A stretch of DNA of 36,107 nucleotides from a virus. The DNA lies in IMG/VR virus record IMGVR_UViG_3300045988_117996; one strand, 5' to 3'. Positions 6,925 to 15,090 of this stretch are shown one piece after another; positions within the stretch are counted from its first letter, which is position 1, and each line of letters starts with the position of its first letter. The notes under the pieces were generated by a model. It had not been told where the DNA came from, did no database searches, and saw nothing but the letters and a program-made list of their open reading frames with translations. The translations under genes were made by a program, and so were the position numbers.

Positions 6925-8339
6925 TCATCACCTTCCTCGTCGTTGTCGTCGTCCTCGTCGCCCTCCTGGGCACCCTTCGCGTTAGCCGCCAGGGCGGGCG
7001 GCAGCGCTGCCATGCGCTCCTCCTGCTCCCGCTGCTTGCGCTCCAAAATCTTCGCCCTCTCGTCGGGCGTGATGTTCGGCAGCTTTCGTAGAATCGTCTC
7101 GTCGTCCAGATACTCGGCCTCCAGGCACACGGTCTCGACCTGCTCCTTGGTGTTGCTGATGCGAGTGCGCGTGAACACGGGCGTGTCCTCGATGCCCTGC
7201 AACGCAAGGATGTCCATGATACCCTCGCGGATGTGGCGCTCAAACTCGGAGGCCTCCTCGTCCATCGGCTGGTATGCCGCGTCGATATGGTCGTTGGTCG
7301 CCCCCGCCGCGATGGTGTGGACGTCCAGCGCGCCGAAGTCCTCGTAGATGTCGGCCTTGATCTGCGCCAGCGTCTCCTTGCGGCCCTCGACGGGCACATC
7401 CTGCGTGTACGGCGTCACGGACTGCCCCTGCTCGGCGTCGACCTCGGCCACGTGCGTCAGCTTGAGCTTCGCCCGCCACAGGTCGAGGTCCCTGTCGTCC
7501 ATGCCGCCGGCTCCGTTGATGAGCCAGTAGATCTGCGCGCAGTCGCGCGTGTCGTTCACCAGGCCGCTCTTGATCAGGTCGTAGGCGTCGATGCTCTCGC
7601 GCATGCCGACGAGCGTGCTCTGGTGCGCGTCGCTGCCCCAGACCGCCACGATGGGCAGGCGGGAGTAGTTCTCCGCATCGACGGCCAGCTTCATCCCGTC
7701 CGCCGGTATCTCCCGATACGTAACCTTGTAGGCGCGCTTGGCATCGGCCACCTCGAAGTCGAAGCCGCTGCCGCCCGACACCATCTCCGTGTAGCCGTCC
7801 TGCTCGTAGAGGGTCGCGTGCCACGGGTGGTCGGAGTCGAGCCGCCAGAACCTCACGCCGGCGTATAGCGCCCCCGAGTACTCGTCCCACACCGGGCAGA
7901 ACTCATCGGCGGTGAACACGTCGATGTGGTCGAGGTTCCAAAACGGAAATGACACACCGTGGATGAGCGCCTTGAGCCCCATCTCCATGACATCGTCGTC
8001 GAAGCGGTCGCCAAGCCCCTCCTTGGTCGTGTCCTTGCCGCCCGCCGAGACGTCCACGAAGCTCACGCCCTTACCAAGCGAGTACGTGCAGCGCTGGACG
8101 TTTAGGCGCTTGAACAGGTTACTCGCCAGCCTCAGCTTCGAGGCTGTGAAGTCCTCGGCCTCGGCACCGGAGCACGAGTAGATCTTCTGCACGAAACGGT
8201 TGATCGTGACATTGTGCTGGCGGTAGTACTCGTTCGCGGTGACGGCGTTGCGGTACATCTCGCTCGACATGTGCCGCTCGATGGCATCTGCCGCGAATGC
8301 CGTCGCCGACGCCGCCGCCTTGAGGTCGCCATCGGTCAC
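6921..8339 (-). CDS. Portal protein (SPP1 gp6-like), 472 aa
   Basis: Follows TerL. The long ORF 6921..8861 overlaps TerL, so the start is moved to GTG 8339 (AAAGG 7 nt upstream). Acidic C-terminal tail. Confidence 0.8.
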   Translation of the reverse strand: MTDGDLKAAASATAFAADAIERHMSSEMYRNAVTANEYYRQHNVTINRFVQKIYSCSGAEAEDFTASKLRLASNLFKRLNVQRCTYSLGKGVSFVDVSAGGKDTTKEGLGDRFDDDVMEMGLKALIHGVSFPFWNLDHIDVFTADEFCPVWDEYSGALYAGVRFWRLDSDHPWHATLYEQDGYTEMVSGGSGFDFEVADAKRAYKVTYREIPADGMKLAVDAENYSRLPIVAVWGSDAHQSTLVGMRESIDAYDLIKSGLVNDTRDCAQIYWLINGAGGMDDRDLDLWRAKLKLTHVAEVDAEQGQSVTPYTQDVPVEGRKETLAQIKADIYEDFGALDVHTIAAGATNDHIDAAYQPMDEEASEFERHIREGIMDILALQGIEDTPVFTRTRISNTKEQVETVCLEAEYLDDETILRKLPNITPDERAKILERKQREQEERMAALPPALAANAKGAQEGDEDDDNDEEGDE

Positions 8340-8362
8340 CAAAGGACCTTTAGACAAAGCCG

Positions 8363-9559
8363 CTACCTCCCTCCAAAGAATGGGTTTACCTGCTCTTTCG
8401 CAGGCTTGTACATGCGCATGGTCGCCACGCCGTAACGGAGCGCGTCGCAGCTGTGGTCCTCGACCTTGACGGGCCTGTCGCCATCCGCCTTGGCGTCCCA
8501 GCAGTAGCCGCCGAGCTCGCCTATCAGCCCCGCGCAGGCGTCGGAGATGCGCACCGTGCCGTTGCCCAGGCACACCCCCGTCTCTCGTATGCCGTCCGCG
8601 ACGTCGTTGCGCCCCTTCTTGGTCTTGAACCCGGCCTGCCGCATCGCGGCGATGAAGCTCGTGGCGCTCGGGTCGATGATGAACGTGGGCGGCTTGCCCA
8701 GCCCGCGCACGAAGTCGGCCATGTCGGCCACGTAGTCGGCGTCCGTCTTCTGGTGCCCCGTGTCGCGGCCCGAGTAGCGGTACTCGTCCACCGCGTGCCA
8801 CACCTCGCCGTCGTACGCCCACAGCAGCGCCGCGAAGGCATTCTGCGTGCCGTAGTCGCACGACACGACATATTTGACGGCGCGGCCGTCATAGCGGCTC
8901 TCGAGCGCCTTCTCCCACTCGGGGTAGACCAGGCCCTCGGCCAGCGTCCACTTGCCCAAGATGTAGCGGTCGTAGTACACGCCGCTGCCGTAGTCCTTGA
9001 TGAGGGCTTCGATGACATCCGGTGCCAGCGCACCGTCCCAGATCGTGTAGTCCTGCCTGTAGATGTCGCTGTCGCCGTCGAGGAACCGCTTGAACCAGTG
9101 GTTCGGGCTGTCGGGGTTACAGGTACCGTCGAAGCAGCTGTGCTCGCAGCGCAGGCGGCTCTTGAGCATCTGGAACACGTCTTCGCTCCACGTGGCGACC
9201 TCATCGCCGTAGACCCACTCGAACGTGGCGCCCTGAATCTTGGATACGCTTGTCTTCTTATCCGCCCCGAGGCAGTAGACCTTGCGCCCGAAAATCTGGG
9301 CCGTGTTGTCCCGCCCGATCTGGCTGACGACGTCTTCGCTGTAGAGCGAGCGCATCGGCTCGAGGATGTTGCGCTCGAGCGTCGAGCGGGTGTTCCCGAT
9401 CATCACCGCCAGCCCCTCGCCCCTCATGGCGAGAAGCCTCTGCGGTATGGTCACGGCTATGTCGACGTAGCTCTTGCCCGAGCCCGTCGCCCCGCACTTC
9501 ACGTTGTAGCGGTGCGTGCAGTTGGCGAGGTACTCGCGCTGCATCCTCGTGAGCGGCAT
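8363..9559 (-). CDS. terL: Terminase large subunit (PBSX/Terminase_3-like)
   Basis: Walker A GATGSGKS and a nuclease-domain C-terminus. Sits between terS and portal. Confidence 0.95.
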   Translation of the reverse strand: MPLTRMQREYLANCTHRYNVKCGATGSGKSYVDIAVTIPQRLLAMRGEGLAVMIGNTRSTLERNILEPMRSLYSEDVVSQIGRDNTAQIFGRKVYCLGADKKTSVSKIQGATFEWVYGDEVATWSEDVFQMLKSRLRCEHSCFDGTCNPDSPNHWFKRFLDGDSDIYRQDYTIWDGALAPDVIEALIKDYGSGVYYDRYILGKWTLAEGLVYPEWEKALESRYDGRAVKYVVSCDYGTQNAFAALLWAYDGEVWHAVDEYRYSGRDTGHQKTDADYVADMADFVRGLGKPPTFIIDPSATSFIAAMRQAGFKTKKGRNDVADGIRETGVCLGNGTVRISDACAGLIGELGGYCWDAKADGDRPVKVEDHSCDALRYGVATMRMYKPAKEQVNPFFGGR

Positions 9560-9562
9560 CGG

Positions 9563-9988
9563 CTACTCGTCCCCGCCGATTGAGGACGGCACGGACAGCA
9601 CCAGCTCCTTGGCGGCCTTGAGCACCGCCGTGTCGGTGGTATCCATGATGCGCTGCGCCTTGGCGTACTCCTGCGGGTACTTGCGCTCCAAAAGCCACGC
9701 CGCCGCCTGCCAGCTGTCGCCGCTCGCGTCCATGATGCGGCCCACGAGCGTCGCCTTGCGCTCGACCTCGGCCTTTTTTAGAACGTGACACAGTTGACGC
9801 TGATTGTCTGTTCTGGGGTGGTTGATCCAGCGGCTGTATGTCTCGCGTGCGACCCCGAGATACGCGGCGATGTCCCTGTCGGTCATTCCGGCACGGCACA
9901 GGCGGACGGCATCCTCGATGCCCTCCTTGGTCAGTTTTTCACGCCCTTTTCCCGCCACAAAATCACATTTCCGCTGGTAGATAGCCAT
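9563..9988 (-). CDS. terS: Terminase small subunit (HTH type)
   Basis: HTH DRDIAAYLGVARETYSRWI and motif WQAAAWLLERKYPQEY. Immediately upstream of terL. ATG 9988 preferred over the TTG at 10030. Confidence 0.7.
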   Translation of the reverse strand: MAIYQRKCDFVAGKGREKLTKEGIEDAVRLCRAGMTDRDIAAYLGVARETYSRWINHPRTDNQRQLCHVLKKAEVERKATLVGRIMDASGDSWQAAAWLLERKYPQEYAKAQRIMDTTDTAVLKAAKELVLSVPSSIGGDE

Positions 9989-10074
9989 ATGGAAACGCGA
10001 ACGTTCCCACCTTTTTACGCACGTGGACAAGCGCGTGCGTTTGCCAACGAGCGTAAAAAGGGGGTAACGTTTAA

Positions 10075-10100
10075 AGAAAAGGCCCCGGGAAACCGGGGCC
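10075..10100 (-). terminator. Rho-independent terminator between the late-regulator gene and terS
   Basis: Stem ggccccgg/ccggggcc with loop gaaa (10081-10100). Minus strand continues TTTTCTTT. Confidence 0.6.
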
Positions 10101-10152
10101 TTTCGGCTACTCGACCTTAGTCGACTTGATTCTGATCACCTCGGCCAGCCTC

Positions 10153-10581
10153 TCAAACGTCTCCGTCCAGCTTCTGCCGTCTGTGCGCGGCCTGTCGTAT
10201 GCGGTTGCTCTCCGCCTCTTCCTCGAGCCGCCTCTTCCGCTCCGCCAGATAGCACCCCTTGCAAAGCCTCCACTTCTTCGCCTGCGCCGACGTGTCGAAC
10301 ACGGGCCGCGCGTCGCACACGATGCACAGCCCATCCGTTCCGGTCGAAAAGCGCCCGTACCGCTGACGCGCGTGCCTCACGGCGCTCGGCGTAACCCTCA
10401 GCTCCGCCGCGATCTCCGCCGCCGTCCGCTCCGGGTGCGCCTGCATCCGCCTTATCATCTCGTCCGTCCACAGGACGTAAGAGGAGCGCCCCTTCCGGAG
10501 CGCCCACTCGTCCCTCAACGGATGTGCTGACTTTGTGGATGGGCCTTTTGGCCCATCTCCTACAGGTGGCCTACACGCCAT
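10153..10581 (-). CDS. Putative late-gene regulator: GcrA-like HTH plus zinc ribbon
   Basis: WTDEMIRRMQAHPERTAAEIAAELRVTPSAVRHARQRYG resembles the GcrA N-domain. CIVCD...CKGC. It is the last gene before terS. Start uncertain (ATG 10581 chosen, AGGGGG 7 nt upstream). Confidence 0.5.
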   Translation of the reverse strand: MACRPPVGDGPKGPSTKSAHPLRDEWALRKGRSSYVLWTDEMIRRMQAHPERTAAEIAAELRVTPSAVRHARQRYGRFSTGTDGLCIVCDARPVFDTSAQAKKWRLCKGCYLAERKRRLEEEAESNRIRQAAHRRQKLDGDV

Positions 10582-10641
10582 TCGCATACCCCCTAAAGCT
10601 CGCCCGCCACGGCAGAACCTTATCAAGCGCCGGAGACCAAC

Positions 10642-10878
10642 TCACCGAGGACGCTCGATGTTCTCGCTCGGGCGGTCAATGAGGTCGGCAAGTCTTTGCC
10701 ACGCATCGGTCCCGCAGCTGTCCAGCCCGCAAAGTGCATCGTAGTGGCCGAAAAGCATCGTGCTCACTTTCATGCACCGGTTGCAATCGAGCTCCAATTT
10801 TCGATGCTCGGCAAAGTATAGGCACTTGCCTGAGCGCAGGAACTCGACAGCCTCGCGGCGCTCTTCGTCACTAATCAT
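10642..10878 (-). CDS. Hypothetical small Cys-containing protein (78 aa) with an ADLIDRP motif
   Basis: Internal ATG 10878 overlaps the upstream stop. Shares the ADLIDRP motif with 10871..11212. Confidence 0.55.
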   Translation of the reverse strand: MISDEERREAVEFLRSGKCLYFAEHRKLELDCNRCMKVSTMLFGHYDALCGLDSCGTDAWQRLADLIDRPSENIERPR

Positions 10879-11212
10879 CGACAATCGCCGCCCCGCACTT
10901 AGGACAATGGTTCCACCGCATGTCGCCAATTGAGTAGCCGCAGACCTCGCAACACGGAGTCTCCCTGCCGTACTTAGTCTTGAACTTGCCGTGGCGCGTG
11001 GTGGTCGGACGGTCGATTAGGTCGGCAATGCCGAGCGCCTCGCAGGCATCAATGGCCTTCTCGCTGTCATACACTCGACGGTCTAGCAGTTCCGAAAGCA
11101 CGTCATCGGCATCGACAAAGGAACCGACCGTGCCAGGTATCCCATACTCCCTAGCGCTGATCATATCTCGAAAGTTCTTGGCCCTCTCGTGGCGCTCCTT
11201 ATCGGTAATCAT
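10871..11212 (-). CDS. Hypothetical protein with C-terminal zinc ribbon (113 aa)
   Basis: ATGA coupling to the lar stop at 11212, RBS AGAGGA. CCEVCG...CPKCG. Confidence 0.6.
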   Translation of the reverse strand: MITDKERHERAKNFRDMISAREYGIPGTVGSFVDADDVLSELLDRRVYDSEKAIDACEALGIADLIDRPTTTRHGKFKTKYGRETPCCEVCGYSIGDMRWNHCPKCGAAIVDD

Positions 11213-11424
11213 TGCGTCCTCTTGTTCCATGCTTCACGCGCCTTGTCCCATCTGCACTCATCCGGCTCGACCTCGTTCCCGGTGATAACCGGGCCGGACG
11301 CATTACACTTTTGGCAGTAGACGAAGTGCGCGTAGTTGTCGGCATTTGCTTCCCAGCTGTAGAGATTCGAGAGAACCCTTTTACTGCCGCAGAACGGACA
11401 GGGTTTCAACTTGAGCTTATCCAT
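11209..11424 (-). CDS. lar: Lar-family restriction alleviation protein
   Basis: LKPCPFCGS...YCQKCNASGP...AREAWNKR matches the Lar family pattern. RBS GGAGGGATA. Confidence 0.75.
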   Translation of the reverse strand: MDKLKLKPCPFCGSKRVLSNLYSWEANADNYAHFVYCQKCNASGPVITGNEVEPDECRWDKAREAWNKRTQ

Positions 11425-11614
11425 TATCCCTCCAGTATTTTTTAAACACCTTGTCAGGCTTAACGAGAGCCAACTCGCATGCCTTGACGTATCTCAAATC
11501 GCCAGATTCGAGAACGATTAACGTACGATCGCTAGGTACGCTAAGCATCAGGGCCTTGAGCCTTGGTTTGTAGCCATCCCTGACGTACCAGCATGGAATC
11601 GGAAAGCCGCCCAT
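11417..11614 (-). CDS. Hypothetical protein (65 aa), paralogue of 11614..11871
   Basis: GGFP and (I/V)VLESGD motifs shared with the upstream gene. TGATG coupling. Confidence 0.6.
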   Translation of the reverse strand: MGGFPIPCWYVRDGYKPRLKALMLSVPSDRTLIVLESGDLRYVKACELALVKPDKVFKKYWRDNG

Positions 11615-11871
11615 CAATCATCGCCACCTATCCATGCGTACTGACTGAATATGTTTTCAGGCGCGTCGATGGTCACGGTTTCAGCGTTTACGGTAACAAC
11701 GTCGCCCGATTCGAGCAGCACGACCGCGACCGGGTACGCGATTTGCCCGGCGGGAAACCCTCCGATTAGGGGCGATGCGTCGTGTGTCCATGCTTTTTGG
11801 TAGAAGCCGACAAGCAGCGCTTTCGTCTTTTCCCCGGGCATCTCGGAAATGAAACAGGGTGTCATGTTCAT
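11614..11871 (-). CDS. Hypothetical protein (85 aa), paralogue of 11417..11614
   Basis: ORF track. Motif KALLVGF...IGGFPAG...VVLLESGDVVTV. Confidence 0.6.
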   Translation of the reverse strand: MNMTPCFISEMPGEKTKALLVGFYQKAWTHDASPLIGGFPAGQIAYPVAVVLLESGDVVTVNAETVTIDAPENIFSQYAWIGGDD

Positions 11872-12059
11872 CAGCCCTCACCCCTTAGATCACGTCCGCA
11901 GAACGGGCAGAAATTGATCGTGATGCTGTCAATCATCAACTCGCCGGTCGCAATGAAGTAATCTCCGCGGTCATTGTTCTCGATGCGCATCGTGTAGTCA
12001 TTGTCCTGGTTGAAGTTGATTCTTCGTTTGCCGCAGTAAGCACAATCGCCCATATTCAC
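11871..12059 (-). CDS. Zinc-ribbon small protein (62 aa)
   Basis: CAYCG ... CPFCG. GTGA/ATGA coupling on both sides. Confidence 0.6.
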   Translation of the reverse strand: MNMGDCAYCGKRRINFNQDNDYTMRIENNDRGDYFIATGELMIDSITINFCPFCGRDLRGEG

Positions 12060-12340
12060 TCACTTCCCAACTCACGCTGGTTGTTAATCAGACCGACCTC
12101 GCACGCGACGCACGTTTCTTGATTGCGGAACTTATCCTCATAACGCTCTGGCACAGGAATTGCGTCGATGATTGCATTTATCAGCATGTCTGCGCAGCGC
12201 TCGCAATAATCGCCTTTAGCCCACCACTCGTAGTAAATGTCGCCATTGCAGCGGACGGTAACGCTTGCTTCTGCCCTGTCGTCAATCTCTGCACCGCAGC
12301 AGTCACACGTGTAGGCCTCTACCGTCTTTTGACGCTTCAT
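12056..12340 (-). CDS. Cys-rich small protein (94 aa)
   Basis: CDCCG, CERC and CVAC motifs. ATGA coupling. Confidence 0.6.
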   Translation of the reverse strand: MKRQKTVEAYTCDCCGAEIDDRAEASVTVRCNGDIYYEWWAKGDYCERCADMLINAIIDAIPVPERYEDKFRNQETCVACEVGLINNQRELGSE

Positions 12341-12744
12341 CAGTCCTCACCCCTCAGCTTGCGGATACGGTCTGCAATGTCGCGCATGGCAATTCGAGCG
12401 CAGCCGTCCTCGCCACCTGGGCACGATACACAGCCATCTTCATCTTTGTCTCTGTGGAAGTAGGCGCAAGCCTCGTAATACCGCGCGTCACCTGCCTCGC
12501 CCAAGTCTTCAAGCAGCTTCTCCCAGCTGTCGGGCGGGGTGAGGTACATGAGCTCGGGGTCGAGCCTTGTAAACTTATCGGTGAGCGCTCGCCACTGACC
12601 TGCCATGCTGTTGCTCAGGTCGAAGTCGGTGACGTATATCCAGCCAGTGATGTTGTAGGCATTACTGTTGCCGCCGAACAGCACCACGGTATCAAGTGGA
12701 ATCTCTCGACCTTCGGCATCCTTGGGCAATTCGACGCTCATCAC
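12340..12744 (-). CDS. Hypothetical protein (134 aa)
   Basis: ORF track; operon context; start GTG 12744 or ATG 12741. Confidence 0.6.
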   Translation of the reverse strand: MMSVELPKDAEGREIPLDTVVLFGGNSNAYNITGWIYVTDFDLSNSMAGQWRALTDKFTRLDPELMYLTPPDSWEKLLEDLGEAGDARYYEACAYFHRDKDEDGCVSCPGGEDGCARIAMRDIADRIRKLRGED

Positions 12745-13043
12745 TCAACCTCCTCGTAGTCGCGGCACTCGCCACACTCGTCCTCGCAGTACAGCAGGTT
12801 CTCCATGAGCCACGCCACGGCCCACTTCGCCAGCCGCCATAAGCCCTCCTTGCGCTCCGGCGCCTCGGCGTCGAAGACGCGCTCGAACTCGAGGTGGCAG
12901 TAGCCGTAGTCGACGTGGATGTCGCTACTGCAGAAATGCCTGCAGTTCCCGCACATCCTAGGCTCACGGGTGCCGCCGTAGCAGCGCTCTATCGTGGCGT
13001 CGGTCACCCCTATCGGGTAGCCGCCGACCCTCGAGTCACTCAT
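12741..13043 (-). CDS. Cys-rich hypothetical protein (100 aa)
   Basis: CGNCRHFC ... CEDECGEC. Confidence 0.6.
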   Translation of the reverse strand: MSDSRVGGYPIGVTDATIERCYGGTREPRMCGNCRHFCSSDIHVDYGYCHLEFERVFDAEAPERKEGLWRLAKWAVAWLMENLLYCEDECGECRDYEEVE

Positions 13044-13347
13044 CGCAGTCCGCCCCCCCTACGCTCTCGTCGAGCAGGTCGATGGCATCCACGACGGTCG
13101 CCTCGATGCTCGTCAGCTGGCGGCGCAGGTTCTGCACGAGATTCGCATCGGCGACCTCCGCCCTTCCCGCCTCGTAGGCGCGCTCGATCATGTCGGTCAC
13201 CGCGACCTGCATCGCCGTGTCGTTGTAGCCGCGCCTGACGCGGTACTTCCCCAGATAGGCGTGTGCCCTGTCCTGCGGCCTGCACTCGCGGTCGAAATGG
13301 AATACCTCGACCGCGTCGGCCTTGATCTGCTCCAAAGTCTCCATCAC
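13036..13347 (-). CDS. Hypothetical protein (103 aa)
   Basis: ORF track; operon context. Confidence 0.55.
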   Translation of the reverse strand: MMETLEQIKADAVEVFHFDRECRPQDRAHAYLGKYRVRRGYNDTAMQVAVTDMIERAYEAGRAEVADANLVQNLRRQLTSIEATVVDAIDLLDESVGGADCDE

Positions 13348-13646
13348 AGACGTCCCCTCTCTCGGTTCCTCTCGTTGCAGCGCTCGATTGCCGCGTCAAC
13401 GTCCTCCTGCGTGAACCCCTCGGCGTCGAGCAGGCTGACGACCGCCTGGACCACGTCCATGCACTCGTCGATAAGGTTCTGGCGGTACTCCCTGCGCGCC
13501 GTCATGATCGGGCTGAGGCGCATGTCGTCGCAATCCTGCCAAGCGCCGTATACCTCGGCCGCCTCCTCGAGCGGCTTGAGCGCCTGCACCTTGGGTGCGT
13601 CCGGCTCATCGAGCGCCCCGAACTCGAACTTGTAACCGTCCCGCAT
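13344..13646 (-). CDS. MazG-like nucleotide pyrophosphohydrolase (100 aa), tentative
   Basis: KPLEEAAEV...LIDECMDVVQAVVSLL resembles the EExxE / DExxD helices of small phage MazG proteins. ATGA start at 13646. Confidence 0.45.
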   Translation of the reverse strand: MRDGYKFEFGALDEPDAPKVQALKPLEEAAEVYGAWQDCDDMRLSPIMTARREYRQNLIDECMDVVQAVVSLLDAEGFTQEDVDAAIERCNERNRERGRL

Positions 13647-13879
13647 CAGATGCGCCTCACCTGTGCCAGCGCCGCGCGCATGGCGTTGACCTCTCGGCCC
13701 GACTCGCTCCTCGTTCCGAGGTACACGTCCACGGGCCGCTTGCTCTCGTTCCTGTGCGCCACGTTCTCGCACCAGCCGCAGCAGTACCGCTGGCGGGCGC
13801 CCCTCGCGCGGAACCGCCTGCCGCACTGACGGCACACGAGCACGTTGCCCCCTCGCATGTCCCGCGACTCAGCCCTCAT
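13646..13879 (-). CDS. Zinc-finger small protein (77 aa)
   Basis: CRQCG ... CCGWC. Confidence 0.55.
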   Translation of the reverse strand: MRAESRDMRGGNVLVCRQCGRRFRARGARQRYCCGWCENVAHRNESKRPVDVYLGTRSESGREVNAMRAALAQVRRI

Positions 13880-14111
13880 GTCGCGCCTCCCAGTAGTTGC
13901 ACCTCGCGAGCCCCTGCGTGGTGTGCACGAAGTCGGGGCAACGCATGCACGTGTACCGTTTGCGGCTCTCGCCGGACGCCGTCATGACCGCCTCGCTCAC
14001 GACGCAGAACCCGCACGTCTCGCAGCGGGCACTGCGCGGCCCGTCGTCGTAGATGCTCGCGGACCCCTTCGGTCTGCCCATGTTCTCGTTCCTCTCGTCG
14101 TCCAAGCTCAT
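13869..14111 (-). CDS. Zinc-finger small protein (80 aa)
   Basis: ATGA start at 14111. CETCGFC ... CMRC. Confidence 0.55.
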   Translation of the reverse strand: MSLDDERNENMGRPKGSASIYDDGPRSARCETCGFCVVSEAVMTASGESRKRYTCMRCPDFVHTTQGLARCNYWEARHEG

Positions 14112-14980
14112 GACGCCCTCCTCTCGCATGCGGCCCTCGCATCCAGCAGACGCCGCGCGTCCTGGTACGCCTTGAGCGCCACCGGGTCGGCGGTCGTCCC
14201 CCTCGGGGCCTTCACCTTCGCCGGGTCGATGCCCGGATATTCCTCGCGCCACCTGCGCTCGAGCTCCGCCCTCGTCTGCTCGGGCGTCCTCGTCGGCTTG
14301 AACGTGGCAGCCTCGACCTCCGAGGCGGTGGGCTTGCCCCTCGCCCGGTCGTCGGCGTCGATGCGCTTCTGGCGCCTGGACCAGTCGAGCGCGAGGGCGC
14401 CCCAGTTGCTCACCGGCTGGCCGTTGCCCTTGACCCATCCCTGAGACTCGAAGTAGGCCCAGAAGGCGTCCGGGTCGCCGCTCAGGCAGTTGGCGCCGAA
14501 GTAACCGCGGGCCTCATCGAGGGTCGGCGGCTCGAACTCGGGCGGCGCGGCGGGGGCATCGCCCCCATCACAGGACAGCTCAGCACAATCCAGTTCAGGA
14601 CAGTTCAGGACAGGACAGGTTAGGTTAGGGTTTTCACTTTCGGAAACCTGCGTTTCGGGTTTGTCGGAAACTGGTTTCCCGTTTGAAAAACATAGGTTTT
14701 CACTTTCGGAAACCTGCGTTTCGGGTTTGTCGGAAACTGGTTTCTTGCGCGGGCGGCCGCCCTTGCCGCCCCTGCCGCGCGCGTCCTTGGAGTTGTCGAT
14801 GGCGTTCTTCATCGCCTTGAAAACGCGGCGGAGGTGCTTCGGGAGGTCGGCCTCCACGCCGTGCAGCCCGTACATCATGATCGCGTCGGCGAGCATCGCG
14901 CGGTCGCGCAGGTCCTCGGGGTCGCTCGCGTCGAAGTCGTCGTAGACCTCGGCGAAGCTGTCGAACACGGTAAAGGCCAT
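14108..14980 (-). CDS. Putative replication initiator/replisome organizer with internal repeats (290 aa)
   Basis: Position after ssb. Basic linker GRGGKGGRPRKK. Duplicated KPVSDKPETQVSESEN. C-terminus FWAYFESQGWVKGNGQPVSNWGALALDWSRRQ is typical of phage replisome-organizer/DnaD-like proteins (from memory). Confidence 0.5.
   Translation of the reverse strand: MAFTVFDSFAEVYDDFDASDPEDLRDRAMLADAIMMYGLHGVEADLPKHLRRVFKAMKNAIDNSKDARGRGGKGGRPRKKPVSDKPETQVSESENLCFSNGKPVSDKPETQVSESENPNLTCPVLNCPELDCAELSCDGGDAPAAPPEFEPPTLDEARGYFGANCLSGDPDAFWAYFESQGWVKGNGQPVSNWGALALDWSRRQKRIDADDRARGKPTASEVEAATFKPTRTPEQTRAELERRWREEYPGIDPAKVKAPRGTTADPVALKAYQDARRLLDARAACERRAS
14629..14744. repeat. Two perfect 50-bp direct repeats (14629-14678, 14695-14744; period 66 bp), flanked by micro-repeats at 14591-14630
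   Basis: ggttttcactttcggaaacctgcgtttcgggtttgtcggaaactggtttc occurs twice. cagttcagga x2 and ttagg x2 lie just upstream. Confidence 0.9.
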
Positions 14981-15090
14981 CAGAACCACCCCCATAGAAG
15001 TGAAGAGAAGAACAGGAAACCCGCGGAGAAGGAGGCGGCGAACAGGGCCGCCTCCCAGTGGTCGCGGATGATGTCGGGTACGTGCCTCAT
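14980..15090 (-). CDS. Small hydrophobic protein (36 aa), translationally coupled on both sides
   Basis: Not in the ORF track. TAATG start at 15090, TGATG stop/start at 14980. Translates to MRHVPDIIRDHWEAALFAASFSAGFLFFSSLLWGWF. Confidence 0.35.
   Translation of the reverse strand: MRHVPDIIRDHWEAALFAASFSAGFLFFSSLLWGWF

Noticed and set aside
4840-7347. 835-aa plus-strand ORF, together with many other long plus-strand ORFs (e.g. 1176-2444, 8453-9583, 15665-16633, 34366-35715)
   Set aside because: They are antisense to well-supported minus-strand genes with recognisable domains. Their products are Arg/Gly/Ala/Leu-rich and low-complexity, as expected from stop-poor antisense frames in high-GC DNA.
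8340-8861. N-terminal extension of the portal ORF (6921..8861) overlapping terL
   Set aside because: The extension is Arg-rich nonsense and lies in an alternative frame of terL. A GTG at 8339 with AAAGG 7 nt upstream gives a sensible portal N-terminus.
14629-14744. The 50-bp direct repeats as a CRISPR array
   Set aside because: There are only two copies, with a 16-bp spacer, they are in frame within a coding sequence, and no cas genes are present. An iteron/ori or a simple coding duplication is more plausible.
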